A stretch of DNA of 64,000 bases, from positions 310,001 to 374,000 of the forward strand of contig NZ_JABEZU010000002.1 of the NCBI RefSeq assembly GCF_013149785.1, given 5' to 3'. Of the stretch, positions 54,988 through 63,228 are shown in pieces (the first letter of the stretch is position 1; each line of letters begins with the position of its first letter). This DNA comes from Isoptericola halotolerans (GTDB lineage: Bacteria; Actinomycetota; Actinomycetes; Actinomycetales; Cellulomonadaceae). The position numbers and the translations under genes were made by a program. The notes below the pieces were generated by a model. That model was not told where the DNA came from, ran no database searches, and worked only from the letters and a program-made list of their open reading frames with translations.

Positions 54988-55767
54988 TCACCGGGACGTC
55001 GTGCCGGCGACCCGCTCCTCGAACGCCTGGCGCTCGCGCATCTCGTCCTCCGTCGGCCACATGAGCACGACGAACACCATCGCCACCGTGGTGAGGAAGA
55101 TCCCGGCGATCAGCGGGCCGAGCAGCTCGAGGGCGGAGGTGCCGCCGGGCGGCGTGCCTGCCGCACCGCTCATGTGCATGGCTGCCATGCCGGTGTAGTG
55201 CATGCCGGCGACGGCGGCGGCCATCACCAGGGCCGCGACCGACGCGAGCAGCCAACCCTTGACATGGACGCAGAGCCACAGCGCGGCGGTGCCCGCCACG
55301 ACGGCGATGACGAGCGAGACGCCCACGAGCACCGGGTCGTAGTGGATCTCGCCGCTCATCTCCATGGCGGCCATCCCGAGGTAGTGCATGCTCGCGACGC
55401 CCAGGCCGACGAAGAGCCCCCCGATGAGCAGGTACAGCAGCTTGTCACCGAGGAAGCCGACGAGGAACAGGCCTGCCGCCACCACGGCCATCGCCAGCAG
55501 CGCCGAGGCGATCGTCAGCGGCACGTCGTAGTTGATCGGCATCCCCTCGACGCTGAAGCCGAGCATGGCGATGAAGTGCATGACCCAGACACCGGTGCCG
55601 CCGATCGCGACGGCGCCGACGAGCAGCCAGGCGCTCTTGGCCCCGGCGCTCGTGGCCGCGCGTGCCCGAGAGGTCGCTGACAGGCCGGTGAGGCAGCCGA
55701 TGAAGGAAGCGATGTACCCGACCAGCGGGGTCAGCATCCCGTACGTGAAGTGGTCCATCTCGGGCAC
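54988..55767 (-). CDS. Stand-alone MHYT-domain membrane sensor
   Basis: MHFIAM, MHYLGM, MHYTGM repeats; no output domain; AAGGAG RBS. Confidence 0.88.
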   Translation of the reverse strand: MPEMDHFTYGMLTPLVGYIASFIGCLTGLSATSRARAATSAGAKSAWLLVGAVAIGGTGVWVMHFIAMLGFSVEGMPINYDVPLTIASALLAMAVVAAGLFLVGFLGDKLLYLLIGGLFVGLGVASMHYLGMAAMEMSGEIHYDPVLVGVSLVIAVVAGTAALWLCVHVKGWLLASVAALVMAAAVAGMHYTGMAAMHMSGAAGTPPGGTSALELLGPLIAGIFLTTVAMVFVVLMWPTEDEMRERQAFEERVAGTTSR

Positions 55768-55850
55768 GCCACAGCTCCTTTGCCATCTGTCGGTTTTGAC
55801 TGAATCGCCCGAAGATTAGCAGCGGAGCGGGTGAAATTTCTCGATGAAGG

Positions 55851-56978
55851 CTACATGAGTTGATCCACCACGAAATCTATGCTCCCAGTCAGTGCCGCGA
55901 CGTCCTCCGGCTCGACGGCCGGGAACATCCCGACGCGGACCTGGTTGCGGCCCAGCTTGCGGTAGGGAAAGACGTCCAGGATCCCGTTGTCACGCAGGTG
56001 CCCGACGACGGCGGCGGCGTCGACGTGCTCGTCCAGGTCGACCGTCCCCACCACGGTGGAGCGTTCCGCCGGCTCGCTGACGAACGGAGAGGCCCACGCG
56101 CGGCGCTCCGCCCAGTCGTAGAGGATGCCCGCCGACGTCGCGCACCGCTCGCTCGACCACGCCAGCCCGCCCTGGGCGAGGATCCACTCGACCTGGTCCG
56201 CCAGCATCACCAGCGTGCCGACCGCGGGGGTGTTGAGCGTCTGGTCCAGGCGGGAGTTCGCCAGGGCGGTCGTCAGGGACAGGAACTCGGGGACCCACCG
56301 AGCGCCTCCGGAAGCCTCCACCTCCGCGGCCCGCTCGATCGCCGCCGGGCTGCACAGCGCGAGCCACAGCCCGCCGTCGGCCCCGAAGACCTTCTGCGGG
56401 CCGAAGTAGTACACGTCCGTCTCGCGCAGGTCCACGGGCAGGGCGCCCGCGCCGGACGTCGCGTCCGTCAGCACGAGCTGGTCGGTGCCGGCCGGTCGCC
56501 GCACCGGCGCCATCGCGCCGGTCGAGGTCTCGTTGTGCGGGCTGGCGTAGACGTCCACCGCCGCCGACGACGCGAGGTGGGCCACGCTCCCCGGCGCGGC
56601 CTCGACGACCTCCGGCTCGGCCAGGAACGGGGCGCGCCGCGTCGAGGCGGCGAACTTCGCCCCGAACTCGCCGAACACGGCGTGCTGAGCCCGTTCACGC
56701 ACGAGGCTGGCCGTGGCGACCTCCCAGAACGCCGTCGACCCACCGTTGCCCAGGGCCACCTCATAGCCCTCGGGGAGGTCGAACAGCTCGGCCAGCCCGT
56801 GGCGCACCCGGTGCACCAGGTCCTTCACGCCGGACTGCCGGTGCGACGTGCCGAGCACCGGGTGCGCCGGGTCCCCGGCCGACAGCAGGGCCCGGGCCTG
56901 GGCCGGGCGCACCTTCGAGGGGCCGGCGCCGAAGCGGCCGTCCGAGGGCAGCAGCGACGAGGGGATCTGGAGGGTCAT
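55851..56978 (-). CDS. serC: Phosphoserine aminotransferase (actinobacterial type)
   Basis: DGRFGAGPSK, GTSHR, GNGGST, HNETSTG, DATS, YFGPQK, NTP. Confidence 0.94.
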   Translation of the reverse strand: MTLQIPSSLLPSDGRFGAGPSKVRPAQARALLSAGDPAHPVLGTSHRQSGVKDLVHRVRHGLAELFDLPEGYEVALGNGGSTAFWEVATASLVRERAQHAVFGEFGAKFAASTRRAPFLAEPEVVEAAPGSVAHLASSAAVDVYASPHNETSTGAMAPVRRPAGTDQLVLTDATSGAGALPVDLRETDVYYFGPQKVFGADGGLWLALCSPAAIERAAEVEASGGARWVPEFLSLTTALANSRLDQTLNTPAVGTLVMLADQVEWILAQGGLAWSSERCATSAGILYDWAERRAWASPFVSEPAERSTVVGTVDLDEHVDAAAVVGHLRDNGILDVFPYRKLGRNQVRVGMFPAVEPEDVAALTGSIDFVVDQLM

Positions 56979-57082
56979 GGCGACTCCGTGGCTGGCGAGG
57001 GAGGGGCGCCCGCGGGTCAGCGGGAGCCGTGACGGTGACGTGTGCGAATAGACTAGGCCCGGGCCTCAAGACGGGAGTGGAC

Positions 57083-57781
57083 GTGACCGACCTGATCGAC
57101 ACCACCGAGATGTATCTGAAGACGATCTACGAGCTCGGCGAGGAGGGCATCACGCCGCTCCGCGCGCGGATCGCGGAACGTCTCGGGCACTCGGGACCCA
57201 CCGTCTCGCAGACGATCGCCCGGATGGAGCGCGACGGGCTCGTGGTCGTCACCGGCGACCGCCACCTGGAGCTGACCGACGAGGGGCAGGCCAAGGCGAC
57301 CCGCGTGATGCGCAAGCACCGGTTGGCCGAACGCCTCCTGACGGACGTCATCAAGCTCGACTGGGAGCACGTCCACAACGAGGCCTGCCGCTGGGAGCAC
57401 GTGATGAGCGACCTCGTCGAGCGTCGCCTGGTCACGCTCCTCGACCACCCGCACCACGACCCGTACGGCAACCCGATCCCGGGCCTGTCCGAGCTCGGCG
57501 AGCAGTACGAGGACGTGCCGTTCCTCGAGGGCGTGCAGTCGCTGCCCTCGTTCCTGCGTGGCGGGACCGAGAACGTCGCGATCGTGCTCCAGCGGATCGC
57601 CGAACCGGTCCAGGTCGACGACGAGTTCCTCGCGCGACTCGAGGGCGTCGGGCTGGTGCCCGGGGCGCGGATCGAGGCGCGCGCGCTGGGCGACTACTAC
57701 GCCGTCCAGGCGGAGGGTGCCACCGAGGGCCTCGAGCTGCCCGACGACCTGGCCAAGCACCTCTTCGTCGCGGCCCGCTGA
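57083..57781 (+). CDS. ideR: DtxR/IdeR-family metal-dependent regulator
   Basis: LIDTTEMYL, LRARIAERL.HSGPTVSQT, MRKHRLAERLL, EACRWEH, PYGNPIPG. Confidence 0.9.
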   Translation: MTDLIDTTEMYLKTIYELGEEGITPLRARIAERLGHSGPTVSQTIARMERDGLVVVTGDRHLELTDEGQAKATRVMRKHRLAERLLTDVIKLDWEHVHNEACRWEHVMSDLVERRLVTLLDHPHHDPYGNPIPGLSELGEQYEDVPFLEGVQSLPSFLRGGTENVAIVLQRIAEPVQVDDEFLARLEGVGLVPGARIEARALGDYYAVQAEGATEGLELPDDLAKHLFVAAR

Positions 57782-57833
57782 CCTGCTCCTGGGACCTGCC
57801 GGTGGGGGGAGACCTGCGCCGGAACAGGACGGT

Positions 57834-57873
57834 GTGACCGGAACGTGACATCGCCGGGCCGTTCCGGTACGGT
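57834..57873 (+). promoter_or_regulatory. Promoter of NlpC/P60 gene 1 with GTGAC direct repeat
   Basis: GTGAC-N6-GTGAC; the second half doubles as -35 GTGACA, 17 nt from -10 TACGGT; same geometry at 59085-59124. Confidence 0.65.
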
Positions 57874-57917
57874 CGGACTCGCTCGCGGGAGTCTCCTCCG
57901 GCGAGTGCCGGGGTGGA

Positions 57918-58097
57918 CCGCCAAGTCCTGCCACCGCTCTGGCCCCACGGAAGACCGCCGGCAGGAGCGGGGGACCCATTTGTGGGCATCGGTGACGGTG
58001 TCCTTGGGGTGAAGTCGCACGGGGCCGTTGGTCTCGTGGGGCCGGGTGTTTCTCCCACCCGAACCCGACAGCTGACCTCGTAGGCGACAGGAGAGGG
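57918..58097 (+). ncRNA. c-di-AMP (ydaO/yuaA) riboswitch, copy 1
   Basis: Hallmarks GGAGCGGGGGACCCA, GGGGTGAA, CCCGAACCCGACAGCTGACCTCGTAGGC directly upstream of a cell-wall hydrolase; boundaries approximate. Confidence 0.88.
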
Positions 58098-58534
58098 AAC
58101 ACGTGAACGCATCTACCAGGACGCGTGGCAAGCACCGCGCCGCTCGTCGTCCGATGTTGGCCGCCCCGTCGGCGGCTGCCGGTCGTCGGGCTGCTGTGGT
58201 CGCCACGGCCGGTGGTCTGCTGGTCTCGACGATCGGTGGGGCGACTGCGGCGCAGGCTGCCCCGGTCGACACCGACGCGGCGAAGAAGCTGAGCACGGTT
58301 GATCTGGGAGCTCTGACCGACCAGGCGCGGACCGCGCTGGAGGCTGCTCCGGTCGTGACCGTGGACTCCGAGGCCAAGGTCTCGGGTGAGCGGATCACGC
58401 CGAAGATCGCCGCGAAGGCCGAGATCAAGGCTGCGCCGGAGCCCGAGCCGGAGCCGGTTCGTGAGGTCGCTCCGTCGCGCTCGGCCGAGCGCACCGCGGT
58501 GCCGACGAGCACCGGGTCGTCGGAGTCGAGCACG
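57951..58534 (+). repeat. 584-bp direct repeat, copy 1
   Basis: No difference seen by eye from 59194-59777 (offset 1243). Confidence 0.92.
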
Positions 58535-58906
58535 GAGTCCGCCTCGACGCCCGCCGCCGCGCCGGCCTCGGCCAACGGGTCGAACATCATCTCGATCGCC
58601 TCGCGCTACGTCGGCGTCCCGTACGTCTCCGGTGGCACGACGCCGTCGGGCTTCGACTGCTCCGGCTTCACCTCCTACGTCTTCGCCCAGGCCGGCATCA
58701 CGCTGCCCCGCTCCTCCTCGGCACAGCGCGACGCCGGGACGGTCGTCTCGCGTGCCAACGCGCAGCCGGGCGACCTGATCTGGTCCCCGGGCCACATCGC
58801 CATCTACGCCGGCGGCAACTCGCAGATCGACGCCCCCCGTCCGGGCAAGACGATCCAGTTCCGCAGCATCTGGCAGTCGAACCCCACGTTCATCCGCGTG
58901 GGCTGA
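58103..58906 (+). CDS. Secreted NlpC/P60 (C40) peptidoglycan endopeptidase 1
   Basis: GKHRA N-terminus, signal-like segment ending AQA, GFDCSG, GHIAIY. Confidence 0.92.
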   Translation: MNASTRTRGKHRAARRPMLAAPSAAAGRRAAVVATAGGLLVSTIGGATAAQAAPVDTDAAKKLSTVDLGALTDQARTALEAAPVVTVDSEAKVSGERITPKIAAKAEIKAAPEPEPEPVREVAPSRSAERTAVPTSTGSSESSTESASTPAAAPASANGSNIISIASRYVGVPYVSGGTTPSGFDCSGFTSYVFAQAGITLPRSSSAQRDAGTVVSRANAQPGDLIWSPGHIAIYAGGNSQIDAPRPGKTIQFRSIWQSNPTFIRVG

Positions 58907-58923
58907 CCTCCCCGGTCGGTCGT

Positions 58924-58969
58924 CGCCCGCAGGCCCTGTCGCAGATCGTCGCGACAGGGCCTGCGGGCG
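58924..58969 (+). terminator. Stem-loop after NlpC/P60 gene 1
   Basis: CGCCCGCAGGCCCTGTCGC-N8-GCGACAGGGCCTGCGGGCG, perfect 19-bp stem. Confidence 0.7.
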
Positions 58970-59084
58970 TCTCTGCGCCGTGACCGACCGTCGGGCCCCC
59001 CTCTGCCCGGGAACGGTGACACGAGGCCTGAGGGGCCGCCGAGGGGCCTCTGGCGGCCTGTGACGGAGTCCACCGGTCGTTGTC

Positions 59085-59124
59085 GTGACCTAAACGTGAC
59101 ATGGGCGCCGGGATCCGCTACGGT
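59085..59124 (+). promoter_or_regulatory. Promoter of NlpC/P60 gene 2 with GTGAC direct repeat
   Basis: GTGAC-CTAAAC-GTGACA-N17-TACGGT. Confidence 0.65.
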
Positions 59125-59164
59125 TTCCACGTCCGGTGGAGGTTTCTGCCGGATCCTGACCGGA

Positions 59165-59340
59165 CGCCGAGTCCTGCCACCGGTCGGGGAACCAAGACCG
59201 CCGGCAGGAGCGGGGGACCCATTTGTGGGCATCGGTGACGGTGTCCTTGGGGTGAAGTCGCACGGGGCCGTTGGTCTCGTGGGGCCGGGTGTTTCTCCCA
59301 CCCGAACCCGACAGCTGACCTCGTAGGCGACAGGAGAGGG
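59165..59340 (+). ncRNA. c-di-AMP (ydaO/yuaA) riboswitch, copy 2
   Basis: Same hallmarks as copy 1; differs only in the 5'-most about 30 nt. Confidence 0.88.
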
Positions 59341-59777
59341 AACACGTGAACGCATCTACCAGGACGCGTGGCAAGCACCGCGCCGCTCGTCGTCCGATGT
59401 TGGCCGCCCCGTCGGCGGCTGCCGGTCGTCGGGCTGCTGTGGTCGCCACGGCCGGTGGTCTGCTGGTCTCGACGATCGGTGGGGCGACTGCGGCGCAGGC
59501 TGCCCCGGTCGACACCGACGCGGCGAAGAAGCTGAGCACGGTTGATCTGGGAGCTCTGACCGACCAGGCGCGGACCGCGCTGGAGGCTGCTCCGGTCGTG
59601 ACCGTGGACTCCGAGGCCAAGGTCTCGGGTGAGCGGATCACGCCGAAGATCGCCGCGAAGGCCGAGATCAAGGCTGCGCCGGAGCCCGAGCCGGAGCCGG
59701 TTCGTGAGGTCGCTCCGTCGCGCTCGGCCGAGCGCACCGCGGTGCCGACGAGCACCGGGTCGTCGGAGTCGAGCACG
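59194..59777 (+). repeat. 584-bp direct repeat, copy 2
   Basis: Matches 57951-58534. Confidence 0.92.
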
Positions 59778-60185
59778 CCGTCGGCCGAGTCCACCAGCTC
59801 CGAGTCGACCTCCGCCGCACCCGCCGCCGACGGCTCGCGTGGCTCGCAGGTCGTCTCGATCGCCGCGCGCTACATCGGGACGAAGTATGTCGTCGGTGGT
59901 GCATCGCCGTCGGGCTTCGACTGCTCGGGTCTGGTGACCTATGCCTACGCCCAGGTCGGCGTGACCTCGCTGCCCCGGTCGTCGAGCCAGATGGTCGGCT
60001 CTTCCGCCACGACGCAGGTCTCGCGGGCCGAGGCTCAGCCCGGCGACCTCATCTGGTCGCCCGGCCACATCTCGATCTACATCGGGAACGGTCAGCAGAT
60101 CGAGGCGACGCGCCCCGGTGGCTGGACCGTGCGGCAGTCCGGCATCTGGCAGTCCAACCCGACCTTCCTGCGGGTCACCGGCTGA
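59346..60185 (+). CDS. Secreted NlpC/P60 (C40) peptidoglycan endopeptidase 2
   Basis: First 144 codons identical to gene 1; GFDCSG, GHISIY. Confidence 0.92.
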   Translation: MNASTRTRGKHRAARRPMLAAPSAAAGRRAAVVATAGGLLVSTIGGATAAQAAPVDTDAAKKLSTVDLGALTDQARTALEAAPVVTVDSEAKVSGERITPKIAAKAEIKAAPEPEPEPVREVAPSRSAERTAVPTSTGSSESSTPSAESTSSESTSAAPAADGSRGSQVVSIAARYIGTKYVVGGASPSGFDCSGLVTYAYAQVGVTSLPRSSSQMVGSSATTQVSRAEAQPGDLIWSPGHISIYIGNGQQIEATRPGGWTVRQSGIWQSNPTFLRVTG

Positions 60186-60204
60186 TCTGATCGCCCGCAG
60201 CATC

Positions 60205-60244
60205 CACGACGCCCCGACATTCCCGTGAATGTCGGGGCGTCGTG
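60205..60244 (+). terminator. Intrinsic terminator-like hairpin
   Basis: CACGACGCCCCGACATTC-CCGT-GAATGTCGGGGCGTCGTG followed by CTGTCCTTT. Confidence 0.78.
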
Positions 60245-60336
60245 CTGTCCTTTGCTACACCTTGCGCCCGTCTTTCGTTACGCTTGAACCACAGCGGTCC
60301 CGGACGTCGAGGTCCGGGCATGACGGGAGGCGCGAC

Positions 60337-61278
60337 ATGACACGTCCAGAGGTCGTCCTGGTGGGCGTCGATGGTTCCACCGCGAGCATGCACGCCCTGG
60401 ACTGGGCGGCGTCCTACGCTCAGCGGGTCGGTTGGGGGCTGCACATCGTCTGTAGCTACTCGCTCCCGTCTTTCACTGCTGCTTCGCTCGACGGTGGCTA
60501 TGCAGCCCTCGACGACACGGCCATCTCCGAGGGCGCCAAGGCCGTCCTCGCCGAGGCGGAGGCGCGAGTCTCCGGCCTGGGGATCTCGGTCCAGGGCACC
60601 GTCGCCACCGGTGACGCGGCCGGGGTGCTGGTCGAGATGTCCAGCGACCACTCCCTCTCCGTCGTCGGCACCCGCGGGCGGGGCGGGTTCACCGAGCGTC
60701 TGCTGGGTACGGTGTCGTCCGCGTTGCCCGCGCACGCCCACTGCCCGACCGTCGTCGTCCCGCACCGCGCCGGCGCCGACGACCCGGAGCGTCGCGACGG
60801 GGACTTCGTGCACGACGTCCACCGGATCGTCGTCGGTGTCGACGGGTCTCCGACGTCCGAGGTCGCCCTGCGGTACGCCGTCGAACAGGCCGAGTCGTGG
60901 GATGCAGAGCTGGTCGCCGTCGCGGGGGTCCCGTTGGGTTCGGGGGCCGGCGTGCTGGCCTGGCTCCCGTCCCAGATCGATCATGAGCAGGTCCTGGCGG
61001 ACGTGCGGGCCGGGCTCGACGTGATCGTCGACCAGGTGGAGACCGAGCATCCGGGGCTGCGGATCAAGCGCCATGTGCTGGACGGCTCCGGTGCGGAGCT
61101 CCTGACCGAGTTCTCCTCGGCAGCCGACCTGGTGGTCGTCGGCTCGCGGGGGCGCGGAGGATTCCGCGGGCTGCTACTGGGTTCGACGAGCCAGGCGGTG
61201 CTGCACCATGCGCAGTGCCCGGTGCTGGTGGTCACCCGCAGGTGCGACGCGGAGATGCAGGCCGACCCCGCCGCCTGA
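60337..61278 (+). CDS. Tandem-domain universal stress protein
   Basis: Two VGVDGS motifs and two VVG(T/S)RGRGGF..LLG(T/S)..CP(T/V).VV motifs. Confidence 0.93.
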   Translation: MTRPEVVLVGVDGSTASMHALDWAASYAQRVGWGLHIVCSYSLPSFTAASLDGGYAALDDTAISEGAKAVLAEAEARVSGLGISVQGTVATGDAAGVLVEMSSDHSLSVVGTRGRGGFTERLLGTVSSALPAHAHCPTVVVPHRAGADDPERRDGDFVHDVHRIVVGVDGSPTSEVALRYAVEQAESWDAELVAVAGVPLGSGAGVLAWLPSQIDHEQVLADVRAGLDVIVDQVETEHPGLRIKRHVLDGSGAELLTEFSSAADLVVVGSRGRGGFRGLLLGSTSQAVLHHAQCPVLVVTRRCDAEMQADPAA

Positions 61279-61291
61279 CCGCACCCCTCCT

Positions 61292-61363
61292 GTTGTGGGC
61301 GCGATTTCTGGCCCGTTTTGTCGTTGATGGGCACCTTTTCGCCCCAGAAATCGCGCCCACAAC
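61292..61363. repeat. REP-like 72-bp hairpin, copy C (upstream flank of the nuclease gene)
   Basis: GTTGTGGGCGCGATTTCTGG-N32-CCAGAAATCGCGCCCACAAC, perfect 20-bp arms. Confidence 0.92.
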
Positions 61364-61427
61364 CGATGGTTGCTCCGGGCTGTGGATAGACGGCCGTCTC
61401 AGGGGCTCATGCTGGCACGGTCGGTGC

Positions 61428-62318
61428 ATGTCGATGGCCGATCAGCGAGCAGCCGCCCCCTTCTCCGTGCGGTCGGCGATCGGCGACGGTGCGTCCGCCG
61501 AGTCGCTGCGCGTCGGCGACTCCCTGGCGGCCCCCTTCCACGGTGTCCGCGTCCCCGCGCCGTGGAACGGTGACTTTCTGGCCCGCTGCCGCGCACTCGC
61601 CACCGTGCTCGACGACTCCGTCGCCTTCAGCCACGGGACAGCGCTCCGCCTGCTCGGCGTCGACCTGCCCTGGACGATCGCAGGGGAGTCTGCGTTGCAC
61701 GTCATCTCGTCCGACCCGTCAGAACGCCCTCAGCGTCCCGGGGTGGTGGCGCACCGGAGCCGACAGGAGGGCCTCGAGGTCGTGGACGTCGGCGGGCTAC
61801 GAGTGACTGCGCCGGCGCAGACCTTCGTCCATGTGGGTGTCGGCCTGCGGCGGCCCGACGACGTCGTGGTCCTGGGCGACTCGTTCCTCCGCCGCCAGCA
61901 GGTGCTCACCACGGTGGCGGAGCTGACACGCAAGGCCGAGACGACCCGCAAGGTCAAGGGCATCGCGCAGGTGCGTGAACAGCTGTCCCGGGTCCGGCCG
62001 GGCACCGACTCGGTGATGGAGACGCGCACGCGGCTGCTCCTGACGAGCGCCGGCCTGCCCTGTCCCCTCGTGAACGAGGTGGTCCGGCTCGGCGACGGGA
62101 CGTACGTCAAGCGCTGCGACCTGCTCTACCCGGCCCAGAGGGTGGTGATCGAGTACGACGGTGACCAGCACCGGACCGACAAGGAGCAGTGGCGTGAGGA
62201 CATCCGCCGTCGGCGATGGCTCGAGGAGATCGGGTTCACGGTGATCGTCGCGGTGGCTGACGACGTCGTCCGGGACGGGACGAGGCTGGTGGGCCGCACC
62301 CGACAGGCTCTGCGATAG
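61428..62318 (+). CDS. DUF559 / Vsr-like (PD-(D/E)XK) endonuclease domain protein with AbiEi-like N-terminal region
   Basis: FSHGTALRLLG, VTAPAQT, DSVMETRTRLLL..AGLP.P, CDLLYP..RVVIEYDGDQH, DIRR...LEEIGFTV; 296 aa from ATG 61428. Confidence 0.82.
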   Translation: MSMADQRAAAPFSVRSAIGDGASAESLRVGDSLAAPFHGVRVPAPWNGDFLARCRALATVLDDSVAFSHGTALRLLGVDLPWTIAGESALHVISSDPSERPQRPGVVAHRSRQEGLEVVDVGGLRVTAPAQTFVHVGVGLRRPDDVVVLGDSFLRRQQVLTTVAELTRKAETTRKVKGIAQVREQLSRVRPGTDSVMETRTRLLLTSAGLPCPLVNEVVRLGDGTYVKRCDLLYPAQRVVIEYDGDQHRTDKEQWREDIRRRRWLEEIGFTVIVAVADDVVRDGTRLVGRTRQALR

Positions 62319-62320
62319 GC

Positions 62321-62392
62321 GTTGTGGGCGCGATCTCTGGCCTCTCCATGCCCCCACAAAGGGCGAACAGGGCCAGAGATCGCGCCCACAAC
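62321..62392. repeat. REP-like 72-bp hairpin, copy D (downstream flank of the nuclease gene)
   Basis: GTTGTGGGCGCGATCTCTGGCC-N28-GGCCAGAGATCGCGCCCACAAC, perfect 22-bp arms, 2 nt after the stop codon. Confidence 0.92.
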
Positions 62393-62403
62393 ACGCCGAG
62401 TCG

Positions 62404-63228
62404 TCAGTGGCGGTTGCGGTAGAGGTACATCGTGATCGGGGCGAAGACCGCGGTCATGACGACGGCGGAGATCAGGACCGTCGTGACGTCGCCGATCCCG
62501 GCAGTGCCGGCCATCAGCCCTCGTACCGCGGTGACCAGGTGCGACACCGGGTTCACGTTCACGAAGGCCTGCAGTCCCGAGGGCATCGTGGACGGGTCCA
62601 CGAAGATGTTGGACGCGAACGTCAACGGCATGAGCACCATCATCGACACGCCCATCACGGCGTTCGGGGTGCGCAGCAGCAGCCCGAGGATCGTGAAGAT
62701 CCAGCTCAGCGCGAACGCGAACACCAGGAGCAGCGCGACGCCGGCGACGACCCCGAGCACTCCGCCGTCAGGCCGGAAGCCGATGATCAGCCCGAGCCCG
62801 ATGCACATGATCGAGGCGATGGTGTAGCGCACCGTGTCGCCCATCAGGGCACCCACGATCGGCGCCGGTCGCCAGATCGGCAGGGACCGGAACCGGTCGA
62901 ACACACCCTTGGTGATGTCGGTGTTGAGCGTGTAGCCCGTGTACACCGTCACGATGATGATGGTCTGCACCAGGATGCCCGGCAGCAGGAACTGGATGTA
63001 GGCATCCGTGGACCCCGCGAGCGCACCGCCGAACAGGTAGGTGAACATCAGGGTGAAGATGACGGGGGAGACCAGCACGTCGAAGAGCTGCTCCGGCACG
63101 TGCTTGATCTTCAGCAGGGCACGCCACGCGAAGGTGAACGAGCTGGCGACCGCCGAGGGACGCGACGGGCGCGACTCGAGCGCCACGGCCTCGCGCAGGG
63201 ACGTCGTGCTGATGTCGACGGCGCTCAT
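62404..63228 (-). CDS. ABC-2 exporter permease (DrrB-like)
   Basis: [48 protein letters not shown]; six TM helices. Confidence 0.9.
   Translation of the reverse strand: MSAVDISTTSLREAVALESRPSRPSAVASSFTFAWRALLKIKHVPEQLFDVLVSPVIFTLMFTYLFGGALAGSTDAYIQFLLPGILVQTIIIVTVYTGYTLNTDITKGVFDRFRSLPIWRPAPIVGALMGDTVRYTIASIMCIGLGLIIGFRPDGGVLGVVAGVALLLVFAFALSWIFTILGLLLRTPNAVMGVSMMVLMPLTFASNIFVDPSTMPSGLQAFVNVNPVSHLVTAVRGLMAGTAGIGDVTTVLISAVVMTAVFAPITMYLYRNRH

Noticed and set aside
57951..60185. Diversity-generating retroelement template/variable repeat pair
   Set aside because: The repeats show no adenine-specific differences, cover 5' regions rather than a C-terminal variable region, and no reverse transcriptase is present.
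61428..62318. Type IV toxin-antitoxin (AbiE) module
   Set aside because: Only an AbiEi-like region is suggested; no adjacent AbiEii nucleotidyltransferase toxin gene exists.
61292..62392. Classical IS element
   Set aside because: No DDE, HUH, serine or tyrosine recombinase motifs, no target-site duplication, and each end is itself a complete hairpin.
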